This document shows positions 50,371-60,025 of a DNA stretch of 64,000 nt, in pieces. The stretch is from the NCBI GenBank assembly GCA_049322915.1, contig JBMOPW010000014.1:922774-986773 (forward strand). The letters run 5' to 3'. The notes under the pieces were generated by a model that worked only from the letters and a program-made list of their open reading frames with translations, was not told the origin of the DNA and searched no databases. The DNA is from Candidatus Zhuqueibacterota bacterium (GTDB lineage: Bacteria > Zhuqueibacterota > Zhuqueibacteria > Thermofontimicrobiales > Thermofontimicrobiaceae). Each line of letters begins with the position of its first letter. The stretch's first letter is position 1. A program made the position numbers and the translations under genes.

Positions 50371-50537
50371 TAACCCGCATTATTCATTGTTTTTCTGAAG
50401 GAAGCGGGATAACCTGAATGGTACATGATTTTCAATTAAGCAGATAAAACTGAGTTTGATTTTGTATATCCACTGAACAATTAGAAAGAAAAAAACTTAA
50501 CGACAGTTTTATCTAATTTTATGAATAATTCAGGTTA
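50371..50537. mobile_element. MITE-A copy 4 (diverged)
   Basis: TAACCCGCATTATTCAT...TAACCTGAATGGT...AAAACTGAGTTT...ATGAATAATTCAGGTTA; same length (167 bp) and layout as 9624-9791. Confidence 0.75.
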
Positions 50538-51118
50538 AATTGAACAGTATGATTTCAGAATGAGATGAGCCTATAAAATAAACCGTGACGCATTTTCGTT
50601 GGTCAGCAATGCACTGTGAGGATAAATAAAACTGACCCATGGTTCAAAGTCAAACGGCGCCTATCAAGGTATTCTTTATATTCATCGTATTCGTTTTATA
50701 GAACTTTAATAAAAATAATCGAGAACTCAGCTCAGAGCGTTTTTAGATTGAATTGTTGAAGGTGGGAACGGTTGTGTTTGAAGACCAACAACACAAAAGT
50801 AACAATCGATCTGCATTTATCCACAAGCAAATGAAGCAATTTTGGTGTTCCCTCATTGGTGGATTTTGTTCGTATATGATAACCACATGACGATATCAAT
50901 GAACACTATCTATTTGAATCACTGATAGATTAAATTTAAAATGCAACACCGATTGAAACGTACCGGGGATTTATGTAAACTATGTGCCAGAATCTGTTCA
51001 TGGTTTTTTCAAGCGAAAAAAGTTAAAGAAATTAATATTAAAAATCAAGGGTTTTTTTAGATTTTAAAATTTAAGTTCCAAGGCGCAGCATAACATACAG
51101 GCAGGATTTAAAAAGAGC

Positions 51119-51147
51119 TTGACTTTGTTTCTGAATATGTTTACAAT
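51119..51147 (+). promoter_or_regulatory. Probable sigma70-type promoter
   Basis: TTGACT-17 bp-TACAAT upstream of the serine hydrolase gene. Confidence 0.65.
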
Positions 51148-51202
51148 AGCCAGGGATACCCTGAGATGATAGTAAAACCAGTCATAAAAAGAGGATAGGT
51201 TC

Positions 51203-52093
51203 ATGAAAAAGATCAATGGAGTCCTGGTTCTGGGAGTGACGCTTATGATGTCTGCCTGTGTTAACAAAACTGCGGATTGGGGGGAACTGAAAAATTATAT
51301 CACCAAAGAAATGGAGAAATATAGCGCGGTGGTTGCTGTGGCCTTTGAAGATTTGCAGACCGGTGAGACATTCTTTTTTAATGAGACCAGACAGATGCAC
51401 GCTGCAAGCACCATGAAGACGCCTGTGATGATCGAGGTGTTCAGGCAGATGGAACTGGGCAAATTCAGTCTGACTGATTCACTGCTAGTAAAAAATGAGT
51501 TCCGCAGTATTGTCGATAGCAGCGTCTATTCCCTGGACTTTGGAGAGGACAGCGATGATGCGGTGTATAAAAATCAGGGCAAAAAAATGAGCATCAACGA
51601 TCTGGTTTATCAGATGATCACCGTGAGCAGTAACTTTGCGACCAATTTGCTGGTGGATCTGGTATCCGCGAAAAATATCATGCAGACCATGAGCGAAATC
51701 GGGGCGAAGAATATTCAGGTGCTGCGCGGAGTCGAAGACCCAAAAGCGTACGAGCAGGGGTTGAATAACACCACGGATGCCTACGATATGATGCTGGTGA
51801 TGAAAGCCATTGCACTGAAGCAGGTAGCGACACCGGCGGCCTGCGAAAAGATGACCGCCGTTTTATTGGATCAAAAATTCAACAATAAAATACCGGCCCT
51901 TTTGCCCAAAGAGGTGAAAGTCGCGCACAAAACCGGCTCCATCACGCGCATCGACCATGATGCGGCCATTGTCTTTGTGAAGCCGGATCATGCCTGCGTG
52001 CTGGTCGTTCTCACGAGCGGTTTTGATCAGCACAAAGACGCGGAGCAGGTCATTGCTCAGATTTCAAAAATGATCTATGATAAAGTATCCTGA
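51203..52093 (+). CDS. Class A beta-lactamase-like serine hydrolase (lipoprotein)
   Basis: Lipobox 'MSAC', SxxK 'STMK', 'SSN', 'HKTG'. Confidence 0.88.
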   Translation: MKKINGVLVLGVTLMMSACVNKTADWGELKNYITKEMEKYSAVVAVAFEDLQTGETFFFNETRQMHAASTMKTPVMIEVFRQMELGKFSLTDSLLVKNEFRSIVDSSVYSLDFGEDSDDAVYKNQGKKMSINDLVYQMITVSSNFATNLLVDLVSAKNIMQTMSEIGAKNIQVLRGVEDPKAYEQGLNNTTDAYDMMLVMKAIALKQVATPAACEKMTAVLLDQKFNNKIPALLPKEVKVAHKTGSITRIDHDAAIVFVKPDHACVLVVLTSGFDQHKDAEQVIAQISKMIYDKVS

Positions 52094-52140
52094 GCCCAAC
52101 ATCTGAATTTGCACTGACGGCGAAGACAGATTTCAGCCGA

Positions 52141-53445
52141 TTATTTGGGCAGACCTTTGCGGGCGACTTGTTCCACGACCTCGACGAAATAGTCCAGCTC
52201 TTCGATGGTGGTGTACACGCTCGGCGTCACCCGCACCCCTTTGAATTCATCGTGGACGATGGGCACGGTGAAAATTTTATGATTGTTGAACAGGTAGTCG
52301 CACAAGGCGCTCGGTTCAATTCCGTGAATATGAAAATTCGCCAATCCGCACGATTGCTCCGGATCAAGGGATGTATTGAAACCTGTTCCGGGGAAGGAAA
52401 CGACTTGCCTGGCCCAGTAATTTTTCAGGTACCGCAAGCGTTCCTCCTTTCGTTTCGGGCCGATCCCGTTATGAAAATGAATTGCCTGGGCAATTGCGAT
52501 TTCGATGGGAAATGACCTCGTGCCGAGCGCTTCGAACTTGCGGATATCGTTGCTGTTTGGCTCGGCCGGCGCGAATAGCGGCCAGAGTTTCTCGATTTTC
52601 TCCCGCTTCACCCAGAGCATACCGGTGCCGAACGGGGCGCAGAGCCATTTGTGCAGGCTGGTCCCGAAATAATCGCAATGCAGATCTGAGATGTTGTATT
52701 CGATATGGGCGAACGAGTGCGCAGCATCGACAATCACTTCAATGCCGTGGGTGTGCGCCATGTCGCAAATTTCCTGCACCGGGGTGATCTGGCCGGTTAA
52801 AAAGATGACGTGGCTGATCAGAATGACTTTCGTTTTTTTCGTGATAGCAGCTTCCAGAATCTTCGTGATTTCGTGGATGTCTTTCGGCGGCGTGGGCAGC
52901 GATACTGTTTTGAGGACGACTCCCCGCCGTTTTTCCAACTGGCGCAAGGCATTCATCATGTTGGGATAATCCTGGTTGGTGGTGAGAATCTCATCGCCGG
53001 CGTTCAACGTCAGTCCGAATATCACCGTTTCCAGCGCCTCTGTCGTATTTCTGCAAATGGCCACCTCTTCGGACTCGCAACCTGCCAGTTGCGCCAATCG
53101 CGTCCGAACTGTTTCCCTCATGGGCCCGAGGACGGTCCACATGGTGTATGCCGGCGCTTCATTGGCAAATTCGTTGTGTCGGACGAGCGCGTCCTGAACA
53201 ACTTTTGGCGAGGGACTGACACCGCCGTTGTTCAGATTGATGATTCCTCTGGCGTTGGTGAATGCCCGTTGAATTTCAAACCAGAAATCTTCATCGGATG
53301 CCACCTCGCCCGGCGACAGATGGGCGACCCGCGCCGAAGCAGCCTCTATTTCCGAAGTGAGTGCGGGGTTAAAATAGGATCTCGTCACCATGGCGCCGGT
53401 GAAAATTCCCATCTGCTTTATGAATTCTCGTCGTGAATTTTGCAT
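52141..53445 (-). CDS. Tat-exported class V PLP aminotransferase (isopenicillin-N-epimerase/PvdN-like)
   Basis: 'SRREFIK' twin-arginine signal; 'NLNNGG', 'NTTEAL', 'VDAAH', 'SLHKWLCAP.GTG'. Confidence 0.9.
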   Translation of the reverse strand: MQNSRREFIKQMGIFTGAMVTRSYFNPALTSEIEAASARVAHLSPGEVASDEDFWFEIQRAFTNARGIINLNNGGVSPSPKVVQDALVRHNEFANEAPAYTMWTVLGPMRETVRTRLAQLAGCESEEVAICRNTTEALETVIFGLTLNAGDEILTTNQDYPNMMNALRQLEKRRGVVLKTVSLPTPPKDIHEITKILEAAITKKTKVILISHVIFLTGQITPVQEICDMAHTHGIEVIVDAAHSFAHIEYNISDLHCDYFGTSLHKWLCAPFGTGMLWVKREKIEKLWPLFAPAEPNSNDIRKFEALGTRSFPIEIAIAQAIHFHNGIGPKRKEERLRYLKNYWARQVVSFPGTGFNTSLDPEQSCGLANFHIHGIEPSALCDYLFNNHKIFTVPIVHDEFKGVRVTPSVYTTIEELDYFVEVVEQVARKGLPK

Positions 53446-53675
53446 GCCAAATTCCTTTGTTTTATCGATAGGGGTGAATGAAAAAGGGGAATTATGTCGT
53501 TCATCGATACGATGGATTGCCTAAATAAATAAATTAAACCCAGAATGTCAAGCTAAAAATTTCTAGTGACGCAAAGAAAAAATTTTAAAGGATGGGCGAT
53601 GAGAAATCGGGAACCTGACTGGGTGGTTTTCGGTAAGACAATAAAATCAATTATCGAATTGAGAAAGGGATCGTC

Positions 53676-54302
53676 ATGGAAATAGTTAATTCACAGATCG
53701 AAGCATACATTCGGGAACTGGTGCCGATCGGGAATCCGGTTTTAAAGGAGATGGAAGCCTATGGTATGGAAAGGAAATTTCCAATTATCGGTCCGCTGTG
53801 CGGACAATTTTTACGACAAATGGCAGCCGTGAGTCAGGCAAATGCGATCTTTGAGATGGGCTCCGGATTTGGGTATTCAGCCGTCTGGTTTGCCATGGGT
53901 ATGGCCCGGCGCGGGAAAATCATCTGCACCGATGGCGATGAAAAAAATAGGGACAGGGCGCTTGCATATTTCGACCGATTGGGCATTCGTGACAGCGTGG
54001 AATTCCATGTCGGGCACGCCCAGGATATTCTCAGGAAATACGATGGACCGTTCGATATCATTTTCAATGATGTCGATAAGGAGCAATACCCGGATACCAT
54101 CGACCTGGCGCTGTCGCGATTGCGTAAAGGCGGATTGTTCATCACGGATAATGCGCTGTGGGACGGTGAAGTGCTAAGAGCGAGCGGCGATAAGTATACG
54201 GAAGGTGTGAAGGAATTCAACCGACTGTTGTTCGCGCGAAACGACTGCGTTACTCTCATTGTACCGTTACGCGACGGACTCGCTGTGAGCGTGAAGCTGT
54301 AG
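53676..54302 (+). CDS. O-methyltransferase (COMT/CCoAOMT-like)
   Basis: 'FEMGSGFGYSA', 'FDIIFNDVDKEQY', 'GGLFITDNALW', 'PLRDGL'. Confidence 0.92.
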   Translation: MEIVNSQIEAYIRELVPIGNPVLKEMEAYGMERKFPIIGPLCGQFLRQMAAVSQANAIFEMGSGFGYSAVWFAMGMARRGKIICTDGDEKNRDRALAYFDRLGIRDSVEFHVGHAQDILRKYDGPFDIIFNDVDKEQYPDTIDLALSRLRKGGLFITDNALWDGEVLRASGDKYTEGVKEFNRLLFARNDCVTLIVPLRDGLAVSVKL

Positions 54303-54448
54303 ACCAGGCAGTTATATTCAATCAACAGAAAAGCCCGAAGGATTCGCACAGCCAGAAAGGGCAAAAAAAAAGAGACTTCATCGATGTGAAGTCTCTTCTT
54401 CCATTCGTTGCACAGCACGTTTCATTTACAGATAAAGATTGGGATCAC

Positions 54449-54643
54449 TCAGTTGTGATCAAATGTTTCCAGCGTTCCCTGCAGCACAATCCGATATTCA
54501 CCTGTTTCTCTGTTCAGACTTTCGACAATGGCTCTGCAATCATCAGAGCTCTGAAGCATATTTCCAATCTGTCTCTTCAATGTTGAGGAGGATATATTCG
54601 CGTTACGAATGATTTCCAAATCACGGACATTAAATTTAGTCAT
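54449..54643 (-). CDS. Small hypothetical protein (64 aa), paralog of 54776-54976
   Basis: GGAGGTG RBS; 28 of 58 ungapped identities with the neighbour. Confidence 0.8.
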   Translation of the reverse strand: MTKFNVRDLEIIRNANISSSTLKRQIGNMLQSSDDCRAIVESLNRETGEYRIVLQGTLETFDHN

Positions 54644-54775
54644 AAATCACACCTCCATCAAAGATTAATCTTACCCTGTCATTTTGTTTAACATAAAATC
54701 ATGAAGATAATTTGACGAGTCAATGGAACAAGAGAAAATTGATGATTGATTTTATATGAAGTTAAAAGTCATTTC

Positions 54776-54976
54776 CTACTGTAACATGGGCTCATTCTGT
54801 TTCAGAGTTCCTCGAAGTATGATGCGATAATTTCCGGTACTTTTATCAATTCGACTCACATCGGCACGCCAGTCTTTTGATGAACGCAAAATATTTCCGA
54901 TTTTTTCGCGCAGTGCGTTGGATGAGGGCGGAATCAACTCGATCAAATCAAAATCTCTGGTGTAAAATTTTTCCAT
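54776..54976 (-). CDS. Small hypothetical protein (66 aa), paralog of 54449-54643
   Basis: AAAGGAGGTG RBS; shared 'KF..RD', 'IGN.L.SS.D.RA.V', 'TG.YRI.L.GTL'. Confidence 0.8.
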   Translation of the reverse strand: MEKFYTRDFDLIELIPPSSNALREKIGNILRSSKDWRADVSRIDKSTGNYRIILRGTLKQNEPMLQ

Positions 54977-55525
54977 CGAAACCTTTCACCTCCTTTCATA
55001 TTTTTATTGTATGCCATAAAAGTTTAAACTTTCTTACCCCTGCCCGGAGACTTGAGTTCGGGGTAAGCACTACGAATATACTACTATTATGGGTTAAAAG
55101 TCAACTGTTGTGACAGTAAATTAATTTAAGAAATATTAACAACGTAGGCTGAGTTTTACCTCTTAAAAAATATATCGTAATGAGCTGAGAAAAGTTTAAT
55201 TTTTTTTGATGAATTTATTGTCATGTAATTCTCCTGTTGTCTCCCTTCTGCTCATTCAGTCATTCGGGACTCCTTTCAATACTACCTTGACCCACGAAGA
55301 TGAAGGATGTCGCAGCGCTTTCAAATGACGCATCACCAGAACAGTGCAGAGATAGGAAATCGGGCGATACTTGCAACATAACAATTGCAGCCCGGGGGAG
55401 TTGTGTTGTCAATGTAGTGGGCCGGCAAAACTACGTCATCAGAAAGCAACCAGAAAATGAATGAAAACGAACAGAATCTCTGTCGGCCTGCGGGGAAATG
55501 ACTTCACTGCGCCTGAGATTCAAAC

Positions 55526-56140
55526 TCAGACTTTCACCATTTTATCGAATGGCAGCCGATGAATCAGAAAATTGACATGGATGTCTTTGGCAAGATAGTG
55601 ATCGACCTTATGAAGCATGCCCATAAATAGCAGCCCGGTTTCAGATTGCTGAAGCGTCGCATCGATTCGATTGGCAATGAATCGATCCCGTTGCTGCAGT
55701 AATGTTGCACTATGCTGTTTGTATTCCTCCGACCTTTTTCTCTTAATGAACGGATTTTCAGCGGTCATTATTTTTTGAATGAAATGGTATTCCTTGAGTA
55801 GCAACTCTTTATCCTCAGTTCCCTCAAGCATGGCCCCGTTTTGAATGAGCGACCGGAGAAGGAGATGGTTCTTGCTGCCGCTGTTGGCTAATTCAGTCAC
55901 AATCTCCAATTCCCGACCGCAGACCGGCAATCCATCCTGGTACAGACGCGTGCTGGTCCAGATGACATTCAATTCCTGGACAGTGCGCGTGAGCCCTTCC
56001 CACATGTGGTCGATGGAAGTCACGTGGGCGTTGTAATGGGACTCCGAAAATTGGTGCGTATACGCCTGCCTGAACGAACTGGCCATTGAACCCAGGTCCG
56101 CTTCTGTATGAATGATGGGAACATAGATCAGGTCACGCAT
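55526..56140 (-). CDS. Hypothetical protein, last gene of the gvp operon (possible TraB/TIKI-like fold)
   Basis: 'LIYVPIIH', 'RLYQDGLP', 'EGTE', 'RDRFIA.RI', 'LLFMGMLH'; ATG 56140 overlaps the upstream gene end. Confidence 0.7.
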   Translation of the reverse strand: MRDLIYVPIIHTEADLGSMASSFRQAYTHQFSESHYNAHVTSIDHMWEGLTRTVQELNVIWTSTRLYQDGLPVCGRELEIVTELANSGSKNHLLLRSLIQNGAMLEGTEDKELLLKEYHFIQKIMTAENPFIKRKRSEEYKQHSATLLQQRDRFIANRIDATLQQSETGLLFMGMLHKVDHYLAKDIHVNFLIHRLPFDKMVKV

Positions 56141-56522
56141 GGGCCATGACCTTTTCTTCAACAGCTTCCCGGCAGATGGATTCGATAAGGTTCAATTGTA
56201 TCGGCTTGGTGATGTAATCATAGGCGCCAAGTTGCATGGCCTGCCGCGCTGTGGTGATGTCGCCGTAGCCGGTCAGAATAATCACCACCGTTCTGCCCCA
56301 GCCTTCCAGTCGCGTCAGCCGTCTCAGCGTTTCGATGCCGTCCATTTCCGGCATGTTGATATCTAAAAAAATGATATCGGGTTTTTCAATGCCAAACATG
56401 GTAATCGCCTCGAAACCGTTCTGCGCATACGTCACGTGATAGCCCGATGTCTCCAATGTCCGGCGCAGAAGCAGAAAAATTTCTTCATTGTCGTCGACAA
56501 TCAATACGTTAATTTTATCCAT
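56133..56522 (-). CDS. Single-domain response regulator receiver (CheY-like)
   Basis: 'VLIVDDN', phosphoacceptor 'FLDINMPEMDG', 'LTGYG', 'YITKP'. Confidence 0.93.
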   Translation of the reverse strand: MDKINVLIVDDNEEIFLLLRRTLETSGYHVTYAQNGFEAITMFGIEKPDIIFLDINMPEMDGIETLRRLTRLEGWGRTVVIILTGYGDITTARQAMQLGAYDYITKPIQLNLIESICREAVEEKVMAHA

Positions 56523-57003
56523 GACGATTTCCTTTCAATGGATGAAGGCATGCTTCCACAATCCCGTTTTTTAATGTGGCCGAAATGTTAGACGGATCAA
56601 TCAAAAATGGGAGCACAATTTCTGTGGCGTATTTTCGCTTGATGCCGTCCATGCCTCCAATTGCTTCGAAGATGAGGATATCCCCTTCAACGGACAGATG
56701 AATATCTTGTTCGCTGACGAGACCGGGACAATCCACAATCAGAATGACCGATTCCGCTTCGGTGAAAATTTCCGTGTTCGGCGACTGGTATCGGTCGATG
56801 AGCATGCTTTTATGGAGCCGCGAAAATTTTGGCTCATTGATGAAGACCCAGGTTTTGGGCGTATGGCATGTCTCTTCTTCCCGGCGGGTCCGCTGTTGAA
56901 CTGCTGCAAGCGAGCTGATTTTCCGAATGTCAAAGGTCACAGCTCGCGCAGGGCGACGCGTCGATGTCTTGATATCCCTAAGCCCTTTTAGCCGCATCTT
57001 CAA
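56515..57003 (-). CDS. Hsp20/alpha-crystallin-domain protein (GvpH-like) with basic N-terminal extension
   Basis: 'EIF.E...VILIVDCPG...[11 protein letters not shown]', 'LP...DP...[10 protein letters not shown]'. Confidence 0.78.
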   Translation of the reverse strand: MKMRLKGLRDIKTSTRRPARAVTFDIRKISSLAAVQQRTRREEETCHTPKTWVFINEPKFSRLHKSMLIDRYQSPNTEIFTEAESVILIVDCPGLVSEQDIHLSVEGDILIFEAIGGMDGIKRKYATEIVLPFLIDPSNISATLKNGIVEACLHPLKGNRHG

Positions 57004-59113
57004 TCGCTTGAGTTAAATGCGCTTTCGTTATTTTTAACTTCGCGTAATCGAATGGACCCTCCCGGTGAGACTCGACAATGTCGCGGATCGCCGCCATGGA
57101 TGCAGAACGGCAGACGGATTCAATTTCTGCTCCGGACATGCCTTCCGTATCCTGCGCCAGGATTTTAATATCCACATTGCGCGCGAGGGGTTTGTTCTTC
57201 AAATGGACTTGAAAAATGGCCTGCCGTGTGTCTAAATCCGGCAGGGGAAGCTCGATCAAATAATCGAATCGTCCGGGACGAAGCACAGCCGGATCGATGA
57301 TATCCAGCCGGTTTGTCGCTGCAATGATGACGACATTTTTCAAGCCCTCGATGCCGTCGAGTTCAGTCAGCAATTGGCTGATGACCCGCTCGGTCACATG
57401 CGAATCGCCGGTACCACTGCCGCGCACCGGGGCGATGGCATCCATTTCGTCGAAGAACAGAATACACGGCGACGCCTGTCTTGCTTTTTTAAACAGCTCG
57501 CGCACGCCTTTTTCGCTCTCGCCAACCCATTTCGACAATAATTCCGGCCCCTTGATGGAGATGAAATTCACCTCACTCTCCGTGGCGACGGCCCTGGCTA
57601 GCAGCGTCTTGCCGGTGCCGGGGGAACCGTACAGCAGGATACCTTTCGGTGGAATGGTGTTCGAGACTTCAAATAACTCAGCGTATTTCAGCGGCCATTC
57701 GATGGCTTCAATGAGCCTGCGTTTCACTTGCTCCAGTCCGCCAACCTGATCCCATTTGACATTGGGCACTTCGATGGAAACCTCGCGGGTGGCTGATGGC
57801 TCCACTTCCTTCAGCGCTTCACGGAAATGCGACATAGTCACTTCCAATTCCAGGAGCGTCTCGATTGGGATAGAATCCATGTCAAATTCAATTTTTGGGA
57901 ATATGGTGCGAAGCGCGATCATTGCTGATTCGCGACAGAGCGCTGCCAGATCGGCGCCCACAAAACCATGCGTGATTTCTGCCAGGCGGTTGAGGTCCAC
58001 GTCTTCGGCTAACGGCATACCGCGCGTGTGAATTTGCAGAATTTGTTCGCGACCTTTCTTATCCGGGACGCCAATCGTGATTTCCCGATCGAACCGTCCC
58101 GGGCGTCGCAACGCCGGATCAATGGCGTTGGGGATATTGGTCGCGCCGATGACAATCACCTGGCCGCGTCCGGCAAGCCCATCCATCAACGCCAGCAGTT
58201 GGGCGACAACCCGTTTTTCCACATCGCCAACAGCGGATTCGCGCTTCGGTGAAATTGCGTCGATCTCATCCAGGAAAATAATGCTCGGCGCCTGCTTGCT
58301 GGCCTGCTCAAAAATGCCGCGTAGTTTAGCCTCGCTTTCCCCATAGAATTTGTGAATCACCTCCGGGCCGTTGATGGCAAAAAAGGAGGCATCGGTTTCA
58401 TTGGCCACGGCGCGGGCGATCAACGTCTTTCCCGTTCCCGGCGGCCCCAAAAGTAACACCCCTTTGGGCGGTTCAATGCCGAGTCGCTGAAAAATTTGCG
58501 GGTATTTGAGCGGCAGCTCAATCATCTCGCGAATGCGCTGTATCTCCTTGTGCAGACCACCAATATCTTCGTAGGAAATTTTATGCGATGGTTTTTTTTC
58601 ACCCTCCCGGGATTTTATCTGAATCGCTGTGGTTGGCTGTACAATCACGACGCCGTCAGGATGGGTCTCCAGCACAGTGAAATCCTGTGACCGGGAGCCG
58701 ATCAAATTCGCCCGGATGCGGTCGTTTTTCATCAGCGGCAGGCCTTCGATCAAACGACCGATATAGCGGCTCTCGCGCGAGCTGTCGGTGATCAGCGTGA
58801 GCGGATCCAAAATTAATTTCTCGGCGTTTTGCGATGCAACTTTTTTAATTTTCACGCGCTCATCAATGCCCACTTTGGCATTCTCCCGGATCAGGCCATC
58901 GATTTGCACGAGCTGCTTGCCCCGGTTTTCAGGATAGGTCGGCATGAGTTTCGCGACAGTGGTCTGTTTGCCAACGACTTCCACAATATCGCCGACGCCG
59001 GCGCCAATGGTCTGCATATCTGCCGGATCGATTCGGGCGATGCCGCGGCCCACATCTTTGGAGAATGATTCAGTAACGCGCAAGGTCAACACGGGATGTT
59101 CATTCGATTTCAT
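56978..59113 (-). CDS. Cdc48/VCP-family AAA+ ATPase
   Basis: N-domain '[11 protein letters not shown]', D1 'YEDIGGL...GPPGTGKT...DEID...RRPGRFD', D2 'WDQVGGL...GSPGTGKT...DEMD...RPGRFD'; ATG 59113 after AGGAG. Confidence 0.95.
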   Translation of the reverse strand: MKSNEHPVLTLRVTESFSKDVGRGIARIDPADMQTIGAGVGDIVEVVGKQTTVAKLMPTYPENRGKQLVQIDGLIRENAKVGIDERVKIKKVASQNAEKLILDPLTLITDSSRESRYIGRLIEGLPLMKNDRIRANLIGSRSQDFTVLETHPDGVVIVQPTTAIQIKSREGEKKPSHKISYEDIGGLHKEIQRIREMIELPLKYPQIFQRLGIEPPKGVLLLGPPGTGKTLIARAVANETDASFFAINGPEVIHKFYGESEAKLRGIFEQASKQAPSIIFLDEIDAISPKRESAVGDVEKRVVAQLLALMDGLAGRGQVIVIGATNIPNAIDPALRRPGRFDREITIGVPDKKGREQILQIHTRGMPLAEDVDLNRLAEITHGFVGADLAALCRESAMIALRTIFPKIEFDMDSIPIETLLELEVTMSHFREALKEVEPSATREVSIEVPNVKWDQVGGLEQVKRRLIEAIEWPLKYAELFEVSNTIPPKGILLYGSPGTGKTLLARAVATESEVNFISIKGPELLSKWVGESEKGVRELFKKARQASPCILFFDEMDAIAPVRGSGTGDSHVTERVISQLLTELDGIEGLKNVVIIAATNRLDIIDPAVLRPGRFDYLIELPLPDLDTRQAIFQVHLKNKPLARNVDIKILAQDTEGMSGAEIESVCRSASMAAIRDIVESHREGPFDYAKLKITKAHLTQAIEDAAKRA

Positions 59114-59160
59114 AGCTGTAAACTCCTGCAAGCGTGGGAAAAGACATCCATCGGATTATC

Positions 59161-59685
59161 TTATTTGTTGATTTTAATTTCCAGAATGCCATTTTTGAAC
59201 ACATAGGATAGCGACTCCACCTTCACTTTGGCAGGCAGCAAGAGCTCCTTGTGATATTTTCGTTTTGCATGGTTGGCATCAATGGTCAACACATCCTCGT
59301 TCAAATCCAGCTTCACATCCTTTTCCTCGATGCCGGGCATCTCGGCGATCACCTGAATTTCGTGCGCTTCTTCGAAAATGTCCGTCATCGGCTCGCGCAC
59401 TTCATCGACGATGGGGCCGTGGTCGCTTTTTTTAACATTGCCAAATGACTGAACTTCGGGTTTGCCGCCAGTGCCCATTTTAATCGAGAAACCATACACG
59501 CCTTTTAAATCCTTTAACGGACCTTCGCCGTTGAATTCCTGAGTGCGCTCCTTGATGATTTGGCCTTTTTCAGACAATTCACTCACCAGGTCCACCAGAT
59601 TGCCAAGGCCCTTGAACAATCCGCCTAAGCCCAGATCAATATTGATCTGATGCTCGTCATCTTTCTTTTTCTTAGTCTGTTCCAT
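59161..59685 (-). CDS. Hsp20 small heat-shock protein, archaeal type
   Basis: 'VYGFSIKMG..GKPEVQSFGNV', 'VREPMTDIFEE', 'AEMPGI', 'FKNGILEI'; ATG 59685. Confidence 0.88.
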   Translation of the reverse strand: MEQTKKKKDDEHQINIDLGLGGLFKGLGNLVDLVSELSEKGQIIKERTQEFNGEGPLKDLKGVYGFSIKMGTGGKPEVQSFGNVKKSDHGPIVDEVREPMTDIFEEAHEIQVIAEMPGIEEKDVKLDLNEDVLTIDANHAKRKYHKELLLPAKVKVESLSYVFKNGILEIKINK

Positions 59686-59986
59686 TGAAGGTTCCTTTAT
59701 TCTGAGGTTGTTCCAATTGCGTGATTCGCTCTTTGAGCTGTTTATTTTCTTCTTCCAACTGTTTTGCATTCCGGCTCAAATAGGAATCCGTCTCCCACCA
59801 GTTGATGCCCATTTCAATCGCCTTATCCACAGAAGCGATCATCAGCCGGATTTTAATGGTGAGCAATTCAATATCTGCAATCTTGATCTGGATGTCCCCT
59901 GCGATGACAATCCCTTTGTCCAATACCCGTTCCAGAATATCCGCGAGATTCGTGGAATATATTCCGTGGGTGATCTCTTCCGACAT
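59672..59986 (-). CDS. gvpJ: Gas vesicle protein GvpJ (GvpA/J family)
   Basis: 'NLADILERVLDKGIVIAGDI..ADIELL..KIRL..ASVDKA..MGINWWETD'; ATG 59986 after AAGGAG. Confidence 0.85.
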   Translation of the reverse strand: MSEEITHGIYSTNLADILERVLDKGIVIAGDIQIKIADIELLTIKIRLMIASVDKAIEMGINWWETDSYLSRNAKQLEEENKQLKERITQLEQPQNKGTFNGTD

Positions 59987-60025
59987 GTTGTTCTCCTTGA
60001 TCATTTATCCGATGCGGACAGCAGC

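Noticed and set aside
50540..51110. Hidden gene or RNA in the AT-rich intergenic stretch
   Set aside because: No convincing ORF with an RBS and no recognisable RNA motif.
51203..52093. Bona fide antibiotic-resistance beta-lactamase
   Set aside because: Fold motifs are present, but SDN is SSN and there is no mobile context; activity cannot be inferred from sequence.
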